Shown piece after piece: positions 1 to 12,103 of a stretch of DNA of 64,000 bases. The position numbers and the translations under genes are program-made. The DNA comes from Narcine bancroftii (taxonomy: Eukaryota), in contig NC_091482.1 in the NCBI RefSeq assembly GCF_036971445.1, forward strand, positions 1,922,001-1,986,000. The letters run 5' to 3'. A model generated the notes under the pieces. It made no database searches, was not told where the DNA came from, and saw only the letters and a program-made list of their open reading frames with translations. Every line of letters starts with the position of its first letter. Positions within the stretch are counted from its first letter, which is position 1.

Positions 1-64
1 TGTCAGGACTGAACTCCTTCCCTAACTGCACTATGGGGTCATCCAGACTTCAAGGATTGCAGAG

Positions 65-677
65 GTTCAGATTTATTGTCAGAGTACATACACGACACAT
101 ACAACTCTGAGATTCATTTCCCTGCGGATGAGGCAGAATTACCAATATTTCAAAACAAATAAAGAACTGTAAACAAACTGACTGTGTCATACAGAGACAA
201 AAAGATCAATAGAGTGCATGAGTCCTTAAATGGTCCCTGATTGAGTTTGTTGTTGGGGAGTCTGATGGTGAAGGGGGAGCAGCTGTTCCTGAACCTGGTG
301 GGTATGAGCCTTGTGGCACCGATACTTCTTTCCTGATGGCAGCATCGAGAACAGAGTGTGTGCTGGGTTGTGTGGATCCTTGACGATGGCTGCTGCTTTC
401 TGACGTCAGCGTTCCTTGTAGATGTTCTCGATGGTGGGGAGGGTTTTGCCTGTGATGCCCTGAGCTGTGTCCACTGCCTTTTGCAGGGCTTTATGCTCAG
501 GGGTATTGGTGTCCCCATACCAGACCATGATGCAGCCGGTCAGCACACTTTCCACCACACCTATGTAGAAATTTGCCAGGGTTTCTAGTGTCGTACCAAA
601 CCTCTGCAAACTTCTGAGGAAGTAGAGGTGCTGACGAGCTTTCTTCACGATGCCATTAGTGTGTTGGGTCCAGGAAA
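65..677 (-). mobile_element. Rex1/Babar-clade LINE, 3' fragment
   Basis: ORF 406..648(-) KKARQHLYFLRSLQRFG...LANFYIGVVESVLTGCIMVWYG is the typical post-RT C-terminal region of Rex1/Babar. 3' tail ...GACAATAAATCTGAAC. Boundaries approximate. Confidence 0.75.
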
Positions 678-1189
678 GCAGGAAGGTTCAAGGAGGCATC
701 TGACCATCACAACCTCAAAGGCAATCAGGGATGGGTGAGGGAGGGCTCAGGTCTGAAACAGTGATTGGCTTTTACTACCTACAGATGCTGCATGGCCTGC
801 ACAGAGTTTCTCCAGCACTTTCATGTCCTGCACTCAACTTTCTTGTTTAACCACCCTTCTTTCTTCTTTACAGAATCAGAATTTACTGCCATGACAAGTC
901 ATGAAATTCATTGTTTCGTGGTAGCATCATGGTGCAAATGTTTTTATTACCCACCTTACAAAAATAAAAAGAGTGCATGAAGAGTCAAAGTGGTTCATTG
1001 ATCATTCGGGAATCTAATGGCAGTGGGAAAGAAGCTGTCCTAGTGTCGAGTTCTCATGTTTAGGCTCCTGGACCTTTTCCCCAATGGCAGCAGAGTGTAA
1101 ATGGGCTTGTGGCCAAAAGGACCAGTTAACGTGCTGTATGTCTATATTCCTAAGGATTTTAAATTTTAAATGGAAATGGAGTATAAAGC

Positions 1190-1800
1190 ACCATCAGGAG
1201 AATCAGCGACGACCACCCTCCACTATACATCAACAACCCCTGTAGTGGAGAGAGTGGAGACACCAAGTTCCTTGGAGTTCTCTTAACTAGTGACCTATTG
1301 TGGACACACATCTTCTCACTTGTCAAGAAGGCGCAACAGTGTCTGCACTTCCTGAGAAAACTGAAGTGGGCAAGGCTACCGGCCACCATCATGTCAACCT
1401 TCTACAGGAGCTCTATCCAGAGCATCCTGGCCGGCTGCATCACAGTATGGGACAGTTGCTGCAGAGAAATAGATCGGAAGTCAATCTACAGGACCATAAG
1501 AGTGGCAGAGAGGATCACTGGAGTCTCCCTTCCCCTTTCCCTCCACCCCCCCCCCCCATCGATGGGATCTACCGGGATCATTCTCGGAAGAATCAGTGAG
1601 GACCCTTCCACCCTGTACACAGCTGCTCCTGTTGGGGAAGAGATACAGGAGGATCAGAGCTGAGGAACAGTTTCTTCCCACCAGTAAGCTGAACAACCAA
1701 AGGAACTGCTTACACTCACCATCTGACACACTCATATTCATGAAACAATATTGATCTATTTGTGTAGATGAAGATTTGTCCTGCATACGTATTGTCTGTT
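1190..1800 (+). mobile_element. Rex1/Babar-clade LINE, 3' fragment
   Basis: ORF 1298..1663 WTHIFSLVKKAQQCLHFLRKLKWARLPATIMSTFYRSSIQSILAGCITVW; decayed. Confidence 0.75.
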
Positions 1801-2029
1801 TGGACACAGGAACAGTAGGATCTTTAAAGAGACAATTAGATACGTACATGGAACTGAGAAAAATGGAGGGATATGCAGTGGGGAAATTCTTGGCAATTGT
1901 CCAAGTTGGTTATTAGGGCTGAACTGAACAAGCGTGGGTTCACTTTCCATTAATGTCTGCAAGATCTGATCAGGAAAGGAGAGAGGGAGCTCCAGAGAGT
2001 TAGAGGCTGTCAGTGGCCCTGTCCTTGTA

Positions 2030-2077
2030 AGTGTGTGTGAGAGAGGGACTGTGTGTGAGCCTGTGCATGTTGGTGTA

Positions 2078-2112
<35 letters not shown>

Positions 2113-2317
2113 CTGTGTGTGTGAAAGAAGCTGTGTGTGTGAGAGACTGTGTGTGTGTGGGACAGTGTGTGGGTGTGTGAGAGGGAGACTGTGTGAGAAA
2201 AGAGACTGTGTGTGAGAGAGGAGACTGTGTGTGTGTGTGAAAGAAGCTGTGCGTGTGAGAGGGAGACTGTGTGTGTGTGTGTCTGTGGGAGACTGTGTGT
2301 GTGAGGGAGACTGTGTG
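2030..2317. repeat. (GT)n/(GA)n compound microsatellite-like array
   Basis: Repeating gagagactgtgtgtgt units running into the assembly gap. Confidence 0.9.
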
Positions 2318-2482
2318 NNNNNNNNNNNNNNNNNNNNNNNNNNNNNNNNNNNNNNNNNNNNNNNNNNNNNNNNNNNNNNNNNNNNNNNNNNNNNNNNNNN
2401 NNNNNNNNNNNNNNNNNNNNNNNNNNNNNNNNNNNNNNNNNNNNNNNNNNNNNNNNNNNNNNNNNNNNNNNNNNNNNNNNNN
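2318..2482. other. Assembly gap (165 N)
   Basis: Run of N about 560 bp upstream of the SMTNL2 ATG. Confidence 0.99.
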
Positions 2483-3041
2483 TCTCTCTCCTTCCCAGCT
2501 CCACCGCCTGTCTCCACACTACTGATAAGCATTGCTTGAATTGGCTGTGAGTGCAGTGACCGTGTCTGGTTACAAGGAGACACTCCCCACCTCCTCCTCC
2601 TCCTCCTCTATCACAGTCACCCCTCCCCCCGGACCAGCTGCTCTGGGCACCCACCCCCCTCACCTAAAGCACCTCATCCCAATCAGCCCTGCCACAGCTT
2701 GGCTCCTTCTCCCTTGGCGCCTGTGATTCCAACACACTCCAGCTGAGATGAGACAGAAGATGTGGATAGAGTAGGAGGGAGGGAGAGGGAAAGAGAAAGG
2801 AGAGGCACAGAAAGTCTGTGTGAGAGAGGGAGATAAAAAGAGAACAGAGGGGGAGGGGGTGGGAGGGAGACAGAGAGGAACAGGCGGCCCGTCATCGACA
2901 CCGTGAAGGGTCGAGGGGCAGATAAGGATCGGGGAAGAGAGCGCAGCGGGGAGCGAGTGGAAAGATCTGACGGAGAGTTGAATACGGGAAGGAGGGAGGG
3001 GTCGGAACACGGTGGGGTCCGAGGGCCAAGGAAGCAGCCGC

Positions 3042-3350
3042 ATGGAGCCGGGGGCATCGGCAGACACGCAGTGGCTGGAGCGGGCCGTGGGGCATCTGGA
3101 GGGCACCTTGCGGGACGCGGTGAGGGGGGTGCACCGGGACATCGGGGCGCTGAGGAGCGACGTGGAGCAGAGACTGGAGGAGCTGCTCCACTTGCTGAAG
3201 CCCCTGGGCCAGAGCGTGGCCAGGCTGCAACAGGAGAACAGCGAGCTCCGGGGACAGATGCAGCGCCTGGCCGGCCGGCTGGACCCTCTGACCGCGGCCG
3301 CAGGCACCCAGCCCGGGGCAGCCGGCAGCGCAGCGGCGCTGGAGAGCAGA
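3042..3350 (+). CDS. SMTNL2: Smoothelin-like protein 2, coding exon 1 (N-terminal coiled coil)
   Basis: MEPGASADTQWLERAVGHLEGTLRDAVRGVHRDIGALRSDVEQRLEE...VARLQQENSELRGQMQRL resembles the SMTNL2 N-terminus ([35 protein letters not shown]...). CpG-rich; cgcATGG start; donor AGA|GTGAGT, phase 0. Confidence 0.9.
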
Positions 3351-3410
3351 GTGAGTACCTCTCAGTGGGGGCGGGGGGGGGGGGGGGGAACGGGACAGGG
3401 ACAGGGACAT

Positions 3411-4055
3411 GCCCCTCACGGGTCCCACACACACTGACCCTCACTGGGGGGACAGGTCCCTCACACTGACCCCTCACTGGGGGGACAGGTCCCACACACT
3501 GACCCTCCCTGGGGACGGCTCCCACACACACTGTTCCTCACTGAGGGATGGGTCCCTCATACTGACCCTCACTGGGGGGATGGGTCCCACACACTCTGAC
3601 CCTCACTGGGGGACGGGTCCCTCATACTGACCCTCACTGGGGGGATGGGTCCCACACACTCTGACCCTCACTGGGGGATGGATCCCACACACACTGACCC
3701 TCACTGGGGGGGGGAACGGGTCCCATACACACTGATCCTCACTGGGGGAAGGGTCCCTCATACTGACCCTCACTTGTGGGATGGGTCCCACATACACTGA
3801 CCCTCATAGGGTCCCCCCTCACAGGGGGACAGTCCCACACACACTGACCCTCACAGGGGAATGGGTCCCACACACATTGACCCTCACTGGGGGACAGGTC
3901 CCACACACTGACCCTCACTGGGGGACTGGTCCCACATACACACTGACCCTCACTGGGGGACAGGTCCCACATACACACTGACCCTCACTGGGGGACAGGT
4001 CTCACACACACACTGACCCTCACTGGGGGATGATTCCCATACACACTGACCCTCA
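3411..4055. repeat. Minisatellite, ~32-35 bp unit (CACTGACCCTCACTGGGGGACAGGTCCCACACA)
   Basis: About 19 degenerate tandem copies just after SMTNL2 exon 1. Confidence 0.95.
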
Positions 4056-4300
4056 CTGTACCCTGGTGTTACACAGTTATAGTCCCGTCCCCACCAGTAC
4101 TGTACCCCGGAGTTACACAGTTACAGTCCTGTCCCCACCAGTATTGTACCCTGGTGTTACACAGTTACAGTCCTGACCCCACCAGTACTGTACCCTGGAA
4201 TGACACAGTGACAGACCCATCCCCACCAGTTCTGTACTCCAGTGTTACACTGGGACAGACCCATCCCCACCAGTACTATACCCCAGTGATACACAGTTAC
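4056..4300. repeat. Minisatellite, ~37-43 bp unit (CTGTACCCTGGTGTTACACAG...CCCCACCAGTA)
   Basis: About 6 tandem copies. Confidence 0.85.
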
Positions 4301-4454
4301 AGTCCTTCCCCACTGTCCACATCAGCTGAACATCTCCAACCTTCCCAGCTCTTCTCACTCTGTTACTCAGTACCAACCCTTCCACAGCGTGCAAATCTCC
4401 CTGACTGGCTCTCCCACAGTATGGAACCCCTTCACTGCTCCTTCTATAGCCAGG

Positions 4455-4670
4455 ACTTCCCTCACTGTCCCTCCCACAGAACAGAGCTCCCTCACCACCC
4501 CCTCCCAATGCATGGAGCTCCTTCAATGCCCCTCCCACAGAGTGGGGCTCCCTCACCACCCGTCTTACAGTATTCCCTCACCATCCGTCCCATAGTGCAG
4601 AGCTTCCCCACAGCCCCTCCCACAGAGCGGAGCTCCCTCATTGTCCCTCCCACAGAGCGGAGCTCCCTCA
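4455..4670. repeat. 30-bp minisatellite family (CCCTCACTGYCCCTCCCACAGAGCGGAGCT)
   Basis: Degenerate copies; same unit recurs at ~18940-19080, ~44718-44780 and ~53750-53940. Confidence 0.75.
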
Positions 4671-4954
4671 GCCCTGGTGATCTTTCGTCTCACCTGAGAT
4701 GGTGGCTCTGATCTGATTGGTTGGTTGAACAGATTCATGGATGCTTGCACAGTCGCCATTCCTGGTCTCGCCTCTTCCCTCTGAAGCGATTCCAAAGGAT
4801 TAACAGATTCGTTCTGTGAAGGGGAAATTCAGAGACTAGCCTTGTTCTCGAGGGAAGGCACAAAATTTTTAAATGTGGGGGCAGCAGCTTGCTGCATGTG
4901 TTCACAGGATCAGCTCTGGAGAGGGTTAGAATGTCAACAATTCAGCTGGATGTC

Positions 4955-5520
4955 CATGGAGAGAGAGAGTGTGAGGTCAGGCAGGGAGGGGGGACAGAGT
5001 GAGTGAGTGAGTGAGAGAGGGAGAGAGAAAGAGGGAGAGGGGGCGAGAAAGAGGATGAGAAATGGGGAAGTCAGAGTGCGAGAGAAAGGAGAGATAGGGC
5101 AAAGAGGGGTATAAAGTAGAGAGGGAAGAGAGAGGAGGGAGAGAGAGAGAGAGAAAGAGATTGGAGAGAGGGGCACAGTGGAAAGGGGGAGAGATAGGTA
5201 GTAGGGGAGAATGACAGATGGGGGTTTGAGAAAGGGCAGAGAGGAGGACAGTGGGAGAGAGTGAAAGGAGATAGATTGGGACGCGAGGCAGAAGAGATGA
5301 AGAGGATGAGAGAGTGGGGTAGTGGGAGAGAGAGATGAGGAGAGAGTGGAGAAAGGGGGAAGAGAGAGAGAGTGAAAAGAGGGTCAGAGAATCGGATTGG
5401 AGAGAGAGTGTGAGAGGTGGCCCAGGAAGTGTCTCAGAAGATGATCACGAGAAACAGCCTGGAGGGGTGGTGGAGAAAGGGAGAGATGAGGAGAAGGAAA
5501 TGAGGGAGAGAGGGGCTGTG
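4955..5520. repeat. Purine-rich (GA) low-complexity tract
   Basis: Almost entirely G/A on the + strand. Confidence 0.85.
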
Positions 5521-6204
5521 TTGATGGAGGTGATGGGCTGGCTGTGTTGGACGCCAAGCTGTTTGACTTCCAGCTGCCACTAATCTGCCTCTCAGCCAGT
5601 GCAGTCTGTCTGTGCTCCTCCCCCGCAGGCCACCAGAACATTCTGAGGAGCTGATGTCATCTGTTCCTCAACCTGACCGTGGCCCTTGGCCAACACACCA
5701 TCCCTGTCCATCTCCTCTCCCCTCCTATCCCTCCTTTCCTCTACCCTCCCCCATATCCCGCTTCCAGCATTACAAACAGCCCTGCACCCAAAGTCTCGTT
5801 GGCCGACTGACATCCTTTATCCCAGGAGTACATTGGGAGGACAGAGGCTTTGCTGCTCCACATTCAGACAGTGAAGGGGGCCACTTTCTTTGGGGAATGG
5901 GAGTCTGCTCTAAGATTCCATACTGACCGTTGCACCCATGGTGACTCTGGGAAATCAGTCGTACTCCCTGCAGCCCTGCGTGCTTGGGTTTATCTTGCCC
6001 TCTTCCGAAGCTCCTATTGGATCTGCTCCTGTAATACACTCCCAGTCCAGTGCTTCACCGGGGAACACGTGCTCCGGACTCTCCCTCGTGTTTCTTTACC
6101 TCCCTTCCCTCACCACGGCCTCTCGTCAGTGGGAGTAAGCAACTCTTCTTCACACACGACTCAGAACATTAAGTCCTTGTGTCTCAATTAAGGGTGCCAG
6201 TCTG

Positions 6205-6890
6205 AAACACAAATTCCACAGATTCACAGCCACCTAAGGTTAAAGAAATTCCTCCTCGACTCTGTTCCAAAGGGACGTGTTTGTTCTCTGGGGCTGTGGC
6301 CTCTGGCCCTAGACTCCCCCACCTCAGAAACATCCTCTCCTCGTCCACTCTATCCACACCTTTCCATGTAGAATCCCAGAGCCTTCAAACACTCCTCATA
6401 TGCAAACCCTTTCCCACTGGGGATCCTCTTTGTCAACCTCCTCTGGACCATCTCTAATGCCAACACATCCTTGTCTTTGGAGTGCAGAAGTGCTCACAAT
6501 ATTCCGAGTGTGGTGACCAGTGCCTTGTAAAGCTTCAATGTCAACATCCTGCTTTTATATTCTATCCCTCTTGAAATGAATGCCAGCATTACATTTGCCT
6601 TCCTTATCACTGACTCTGCCTGCAAGGTAACCTACAGGGAGTCTTGCATGAGGACTCCCAAGTCCCTCTGCCCCTCTGATTTCTCAACTCATTGTCTCTT
6701 TAGATAATAGTCTGCCTGACACAGTATTCCATCCGCCATTTCCTTGCCCCATCTCCTAACCTGTCTAAGACCCTCTGCAGACCCAATGCTTCGCTTCCTC
6801 AACAACATCTGTTCCTCCTCTGAACTTTGTATCACCTGCAAACTTGGCCACAAAGCCATCTGATCCATCGCCCAGATCACTGACGTTCAA
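6205..6890 (-). mobile_element. CR1-clade LINE fragments
   Basis: Reverse strand shows the RT motif (VAKFAGDTK) and the CR1-type 3' region; decayed. Confidence 0.7.
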
Positions 6891-7215
6891 CGAGAAGAAG
6901 GATGTGGAAGTTTTAGAGAGGGTGCAGAGGAAATTTACCAGGATGATGCCTGGATTGGAGAATGTGAAACATGGTTGACAGAGCTGGGGCTTTTCTCTTT
7001 GAAGCAATGAAGGACGAGAAGTGACTTTATAGAAGATTATAAGGGACTTAGATAGGGTGGACAGCGTGGGGTGGCAATGGCCAATAACAGAGGACATCTT
7101 TTTAAAGTGAAGGGAGGAAAGTTTAGGGGAGTCGTCAGGGGTACATTTTGTTCACTCACAGAGTGGCAGGTGCCTGTAAAGCATTGCCAGGGATGTTGGT
7201 GGAGCTGGTGCAGTT
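6890..7215 (+). mobile_element. CR1-clade LINE 3' fragment
   Basis: AGAAGGATGTGGAAGTTTTAGAGAGGGTGCAGAGGAAATTTACCAGGATG (KDVEVLERVQRKFTRM) motif. Confidence 0.75.
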
Positions 7216-7370
7216 GGAACATTCAAATCCATGCTGTCTGTAAGGAGTTTGCACGTTCTCCCTGTGTCTGCGTGTTTCCTCCCACCCTTCAAAACGTACA
7301 GGGTTGTCGGTCAATTGGGTGGTATGAGCCTGCGGGCAAGAAAGGCCTGTTATCATACTGTATGCTGACC
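7215..7370 (+). mobile_element. tRNA-derived V-SINE (HE1-like) fragment
   Basis: GGAGTTTGCACGTTCTCCCTGTGTCTGCGTG...TTTCCTCCCAC core typical of the V-domain. Confidence 0.65.
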
Positions 7371-9104
7371 AAATGGAGATGACAGATTGATTATCTGCCA
7401 CGTTTCTTCAATTGCTGTTCTATGGTATTTGTAACAGAGACATTCGATTCCAAGGAGGGGAAGGATTCTGTACAAACACAAGTGGACCCTACATCAGAGC
7501 GGGACAGGACAAGGTGCAGGTGTGACAAAGGATGTTAGGGGAGCTTGTGGAAGACAACACTTGTTGGGGACGTGCTCAACACCAGTCAGGGGGAAGATTC
7601 TGGGACTGCTTTGGGATGTGGAATAGCGAGAGGTGGGTAGCAGCTAGGGGTGCTCAGAGAAGATGTGCCTCCGCTAGGGACATGGAAACACGCGCTATGA
7701 CAGCACTGGGTTGGATGAGAATGTGGAGGGGGACAGATTTTGTGAGCCAGTCCCTGGCACGGTGGTCCTGAGTGAATAGAAAAAGAGTCACAGTGACTAG
7801 TCAACTGTAATGGAAGAAGGGCAATGTGTGAGGAAATGTGATAGGTTGGCTGGAGCCACAGTGACAGTACTCCTTGACAGCTTGACCCCATACTGGGTTC
7901 ACTTGCTACTGATCTGGGCCTTGTTTCATTAGATGACAGCTGAGAGAAGGTCCGAGGCAGGAGAACTCGGTGGGGATTAGGTTACCGTGGATCTGGCTGT
8001 GTTCAGGGGCTCGCGCATTAGCCTCACTGGGGAAAAACAATGTCTTTTGCTCGTGTGGCACCAGCACGTGGTCAGGCAGGAGCTGATATTACGCTGTATG
8101 ACCAGGGACTGACTGGTGACCCCATACCCAGACATGGGGGGGAAGGTTTGAAAGGCATCGTGGAAGTGGAGAGAGGTAGAGGGGCCGCTGCAGGCAGAGT
8201 TGAGGGATGAAGGAGATGGTGGAGCCAGAGATCTCATGGAATGCAGGCTGGAGGAGGGTGAGATGATGGAGGTGATGGGTACCTGAGAACATTGTGTTGC
8301 ACTGGAAGGTGGTGGTGAAGGAGGTGGACCTCACCATGTCACACACCCCTTGCAGGTCCTCTTGGTCTGAACAAGAAGCGCTCCCAACAAGACAACCCAA
8401 ATCAGAATATAAAACCCTCCCGACCAGTAGCCCACTGCTCACTCCATACATTGTCTAAGAGCAAGAGTTTGCAAGAAGAGCCTTTGATTCTACAATATAA
8501 TCATGGCTGACCTGACCTTGACCTGAGTCTCACCTTCCTGGGTCTCTCCGTATAGATGATCTTCAGTGCCCCAGACTCCATGGTTCCCGCACACACTCAT
8601 TTGGTCATTACATCCCCAGGCCGGAGATTCCATGATGATAGGTTAGGCATGCCCAGATTGTTCAGTCAGGTCACCTCTCGTCCTTCTAAACTCTCTGAGC
8701 ACATCACCCCAGAGTTGGCCTCATGACCCTTCTGTGCACTGCCTTCCTTACCTCAAGGAGCAAGGCAGGAGCATGATGCAAAGACACAGCCATTACAGAA
8801 GAGTGAGCTCCACACTTGGGTAGGAAGAAGATGAGAACTGTGTTTAAGCAGTGAGTTTTCAGACTCCTGCACGGAGGGGCAGGAGACCCTTGTTCCTCAA
8901 AATGAGGAGTTTCCATTCAGATAGAAGTAAGCAGGTTGGTCTCTATTGCAGAGGAATGGTAGGGAGCGCCCCTGCTCTGTCTTCTGCCATCCAATAATCC
9001 TGCCTGATCCCACGCCTCCATTCCCGTTCCACTTATTCCCTGTGCCAAATGTTGCTGACTTCAGTTTCATGCCAATTTTGGCTGCTCCATTACCTGACAA
9101 GACG

Positions 9105-9530
9105 ACAGAACCACAGAACATTACAGCACCGAAACAGGTCCCTTTGGCCCTTCCAGTCTGCCAAACTATTTTTCTCCCATCCCACTGACCTGTGCCCAGT
9201 CCCTAACTCTCTCATCCACGTATCTGTCCAAATTCTTCTTCAATGTTAAAATTGAGCCCACATTCACCACTTCAGCTGGCAGCTCGTTCCACGCTCCCAC
9301 CACTCTCTGTGTGAAGAAGTTTCCCCTAAATCTTTCCCCTTTCACTCTTAACCCATGTCCTCTGGTTTGTATCTTACCTACCCTTGTGGAAAAAGCCGAC
9401 CTACATTTACTCTGTCTAACCCCCTCATAATTTTAAATACCTTGATCAAATCTCCCCTCATTCTTCTATGCTCCCGGGAATAAAGTCCGAACCTGTTTAA
9501 CTTGTCCCTGGAACTGGAAGTCTGGGTCAT
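9105..9530 (-). mobile_element. CR1-clade LINE 3' fragment
   Basis: Highly similar to copies at 17025-17605, 21380-22415, 43500-44030 and 49630-50212. Confidence 0.8.
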
Positions 9531-11241
9531 TTTTAGGTCTTCAAGGAGACAAAGAGAATGAGTGCAGGAAGTAGTGCTGAAGAAAAAGACAAGTTGGATA
9601 GATCTTCACATAGTAGGGGATTAAGGGATCTGGGGAAAAGCCAGATCAGGGGAGATGAGCCCATCATCAGATCAGCCATGATCACATTGAATGGGGCAGC
9701 AGGCTCGATGGGCCGAATGGCCACCTCCTGCTCATTTCCAATAACACCTGTTGGCTCTTGTTTGGCTCAGTACCTCTCCCAGTGACGGGGTTACTCAACA
9801 ACCTTGAAAAGTCAAGGGGGAGATTTTTGTCGCCCTCCCCCTTGCTGGCCTGTCTTCCAGAAACCACCACTTACAGGGAAGGATTATACTAACATTTTCC
9901 TCCCATTCATCTTCAGAGCTGGTAATCAGTCAGATTGGGTGAGGGGTGATGTTGCTGTGTTCCCAGCCCCTGTCACTCCTTCTCTGATGGCGATGAAGAT
10001 GGGTCCTCGATATCTTGGGGAGAGAGGGTGTCTCAACTCTCACCCTCTTGAAGCAGCCTCTCACCCCCGCCTCCTGGGCCTCTGGCTTCTGTTCTATTTA
10101 AAGATCATTGTTTATGCTCCATCTGTCCTACATCAACAATGAACGAGCTCATCCCCCCCCCTCCTCACCCCACACCAGACACTCAATCTTCAGAACTGTC
10201 TGAATCCAAGCCAGGGCTACAAGAACTGTGTAGAAAGTGTCGGAAAGTTGACTCAGCCAGGGAGAGGCTCCACACTCCGATCCTCGTCACTATCCTAACG
10301 ACAGCGGGTCAATGGAATCAAAGGTGAGCTGCTCAGATCGGAACTTCGGAGTTGATTCCTGTCCCTCCTCAATGTGGGGAAGGTCCTGGGGAGCCTACCC
10401 TTCCCTCTCTGCCAACAGTGTCACTTCTGACTGGGTTGTGATGTCTAACCTACAAAGCCAGGGGTTGCATTTGTACAGGACTTTTCACAACCTCTGGAGT
10501 TTTTGCAGGATTGTAATGAAAAAAACACATCAGTTGTGCATGAAACTGTGTTGAAGTCATGTTATTTGGAGAATGACGACTTGTCCATGGACACTGGTGA
10601 ATGCCCCCACCCTCCTTTGAAGTTGGTGTGATCTCTCGCCTTCACTTTGGAGTGCAGACAGAGCTGTGGATAAGCCCTGACAAGTGGGAGGTGATGTACC
10701 TTGGGAAGTCACGCACATAAGCACACACGCACTCACATGTCGGGCGCTGAGGAACATTGGTGAACGGATGGACTTGGGGATCAGGTCTACAATTCTTTGA
10801 AAGAGGCATCGCAGGCAGAGTGGCCTGTTTCAGGGAAAGCAGCCCAACTGATCCATGCAGGCAAAATGGGATTAGCATGGAAAAGCTCCTTGGTCAGCAG
10901 GGAGCAGTTGGGCTGAAGGGCCTGTTTCTATGCTGTAGAACTCAAGGACTCTGACCATTGTAGAACTGCTCCTTGATGAAGGGCCCAGGCTCAAAATGCT
11001 GGTTTCCTTGAGGATACTGCATGACCTGCTGCATTTCTCTAGCTCTGCTGGATTTTGCACTGGACTCAAGCATCTTTCCTGTTTAATATCATAGACCTGG
11101 GACCATTTGTTGGCAGAAAGGACTTCCAGACCCCCTCCCCATCAGCCTCCGCAGGTCGATCCCTGACTCCAGAACCGGACACTCAGCTCAGATATCTTCC
11201 TGAAATGTAACACTTTTCCTTTCTCTTTCTTGTCTCTCTAG

Positions 11242-11323
11242 CCTGGAGGAGAGCTGGCAGAGCAGAATGGGATGGAAGGAGGCAGACAGATGGCACAAGT
11301 GATTTCCCTCCACTCTGAAAGAG
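11242..11323 (+). CDS. SMTNL2: SMTNL2 coding exon 2 (putative; GC 5' splice site)
   Basis: Long polypyrimidine acceptor ...TTGTCTCTCTAG| at 11241. Reads PGGELAEQNGMEGGRQMAQVISLHSER in phase 0 and ends in phase 1 at AGAG|GCAAGG, the phase exon 3 needs. Confidence 0.6.
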
Positions 11324-11389
11324 GCAAGGCTGGAGACGATCATTCCCCTTGACACCTTCTCCACCTCTGTATGTTTTCATCCAGTCCAC

Positions 11390-12103
11390 TCTTCTTTATC
11401 CTACAGCACCTGAGTGATGCGCTCTGCCCCACGTTCCACCAGACCTTGTCCTTCTTGAAGGGATTGTCTGCCTGGGGTCAGCAGGTGGTGGGTTCAAGTT
11501 CCCGCTGGAGAAACCAGGATGTTACGGCACTGATAGATGCGGCAGTGCCAGGGATGACCTGTTACCTCTGCTGCCAGGAGGAGACGGTGTACCGCGTGTG
11601 CGTGAAGTGCGAGAAGCTGCAGCCCCTCTTTGGCCACCTGAAGGGGCTGCTCCTCGAGTTCTGGCTGCACTTCAGCCCTGTGCTCCTGATCTACGGCCGC
11701 CCAGTGTGGACAGGGGCTGTGGCATTCAGTCGATCTTGTGGGATGGTTGCTGGGCCTGTCCAAAGTGGGCATTCACAGGTCAAGGGGGCAGGCATTGAGG
11801 GTCTGGGGCGGGCTGACTTCCTGCTCCTCTTTCGGGGCTACATCCAGGCCCAAGCATGGTGTCCGAGGGGATGGTGGCCGAGTTCCAGGAACGGTGGGTC
11901 CCCCAGGAGACCGCGTACATTGTAGAGTGTAACAACAGGATTTTAATTTGAAATGTAAATTGTATGTATTGGGGGCAATATTGATTTCCTGCCTGTTGCT
12001 GTGTTTTCTCTCTCTGAATGTGAGTGATTTATTAGCTGTAGTTGTGTGTACAGTTTGTGTTTTGTCATGTTGTTTGTTGAAATAAATGTTATGTTATAAA
12101 AAA
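11390..12103 (+). mobile_element. Tx1-type (L1 superfamily) LINE 3' end
   Basis: CYLCCQEETVYRVCVKCEKLQPLFGHLKGLLLEFWLHFSPVLLIYGRPV resembles the Tx1 ORF2 C-terminal zinc-knuckle region; ends AATAAA...TATAAAAAA. Confidence 0.7.

Noticed and set aside
2483-3041. E-box (CAGCTG) and GATA motifs upstream of SMTNL2
   Set aside because: Short motifs expected by chance, and the adjacent assembly gap prevents defining the promoter.
2660-3531. Overlapping 180-282 aa ORFs around SMTNL2 exon 1
   Set aside because: A consequence of high GC content; only the 3042 frame matches a known protein.
3411-4300. Regularly spaced repeats resembling a CRISPR array
   Set aside because: Units are contiguous and degenerate with no unique spacers, there are no cas genes, and the context is a vertebrate intron.
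7930-8370. Possible PIF/Harbinger transposase remnant on the - strand (SLHF..AFQT..GVTSQSLV)
   Set aside because: Similarity is too weak and fragmentary to support without a profile search; no TIRs found.
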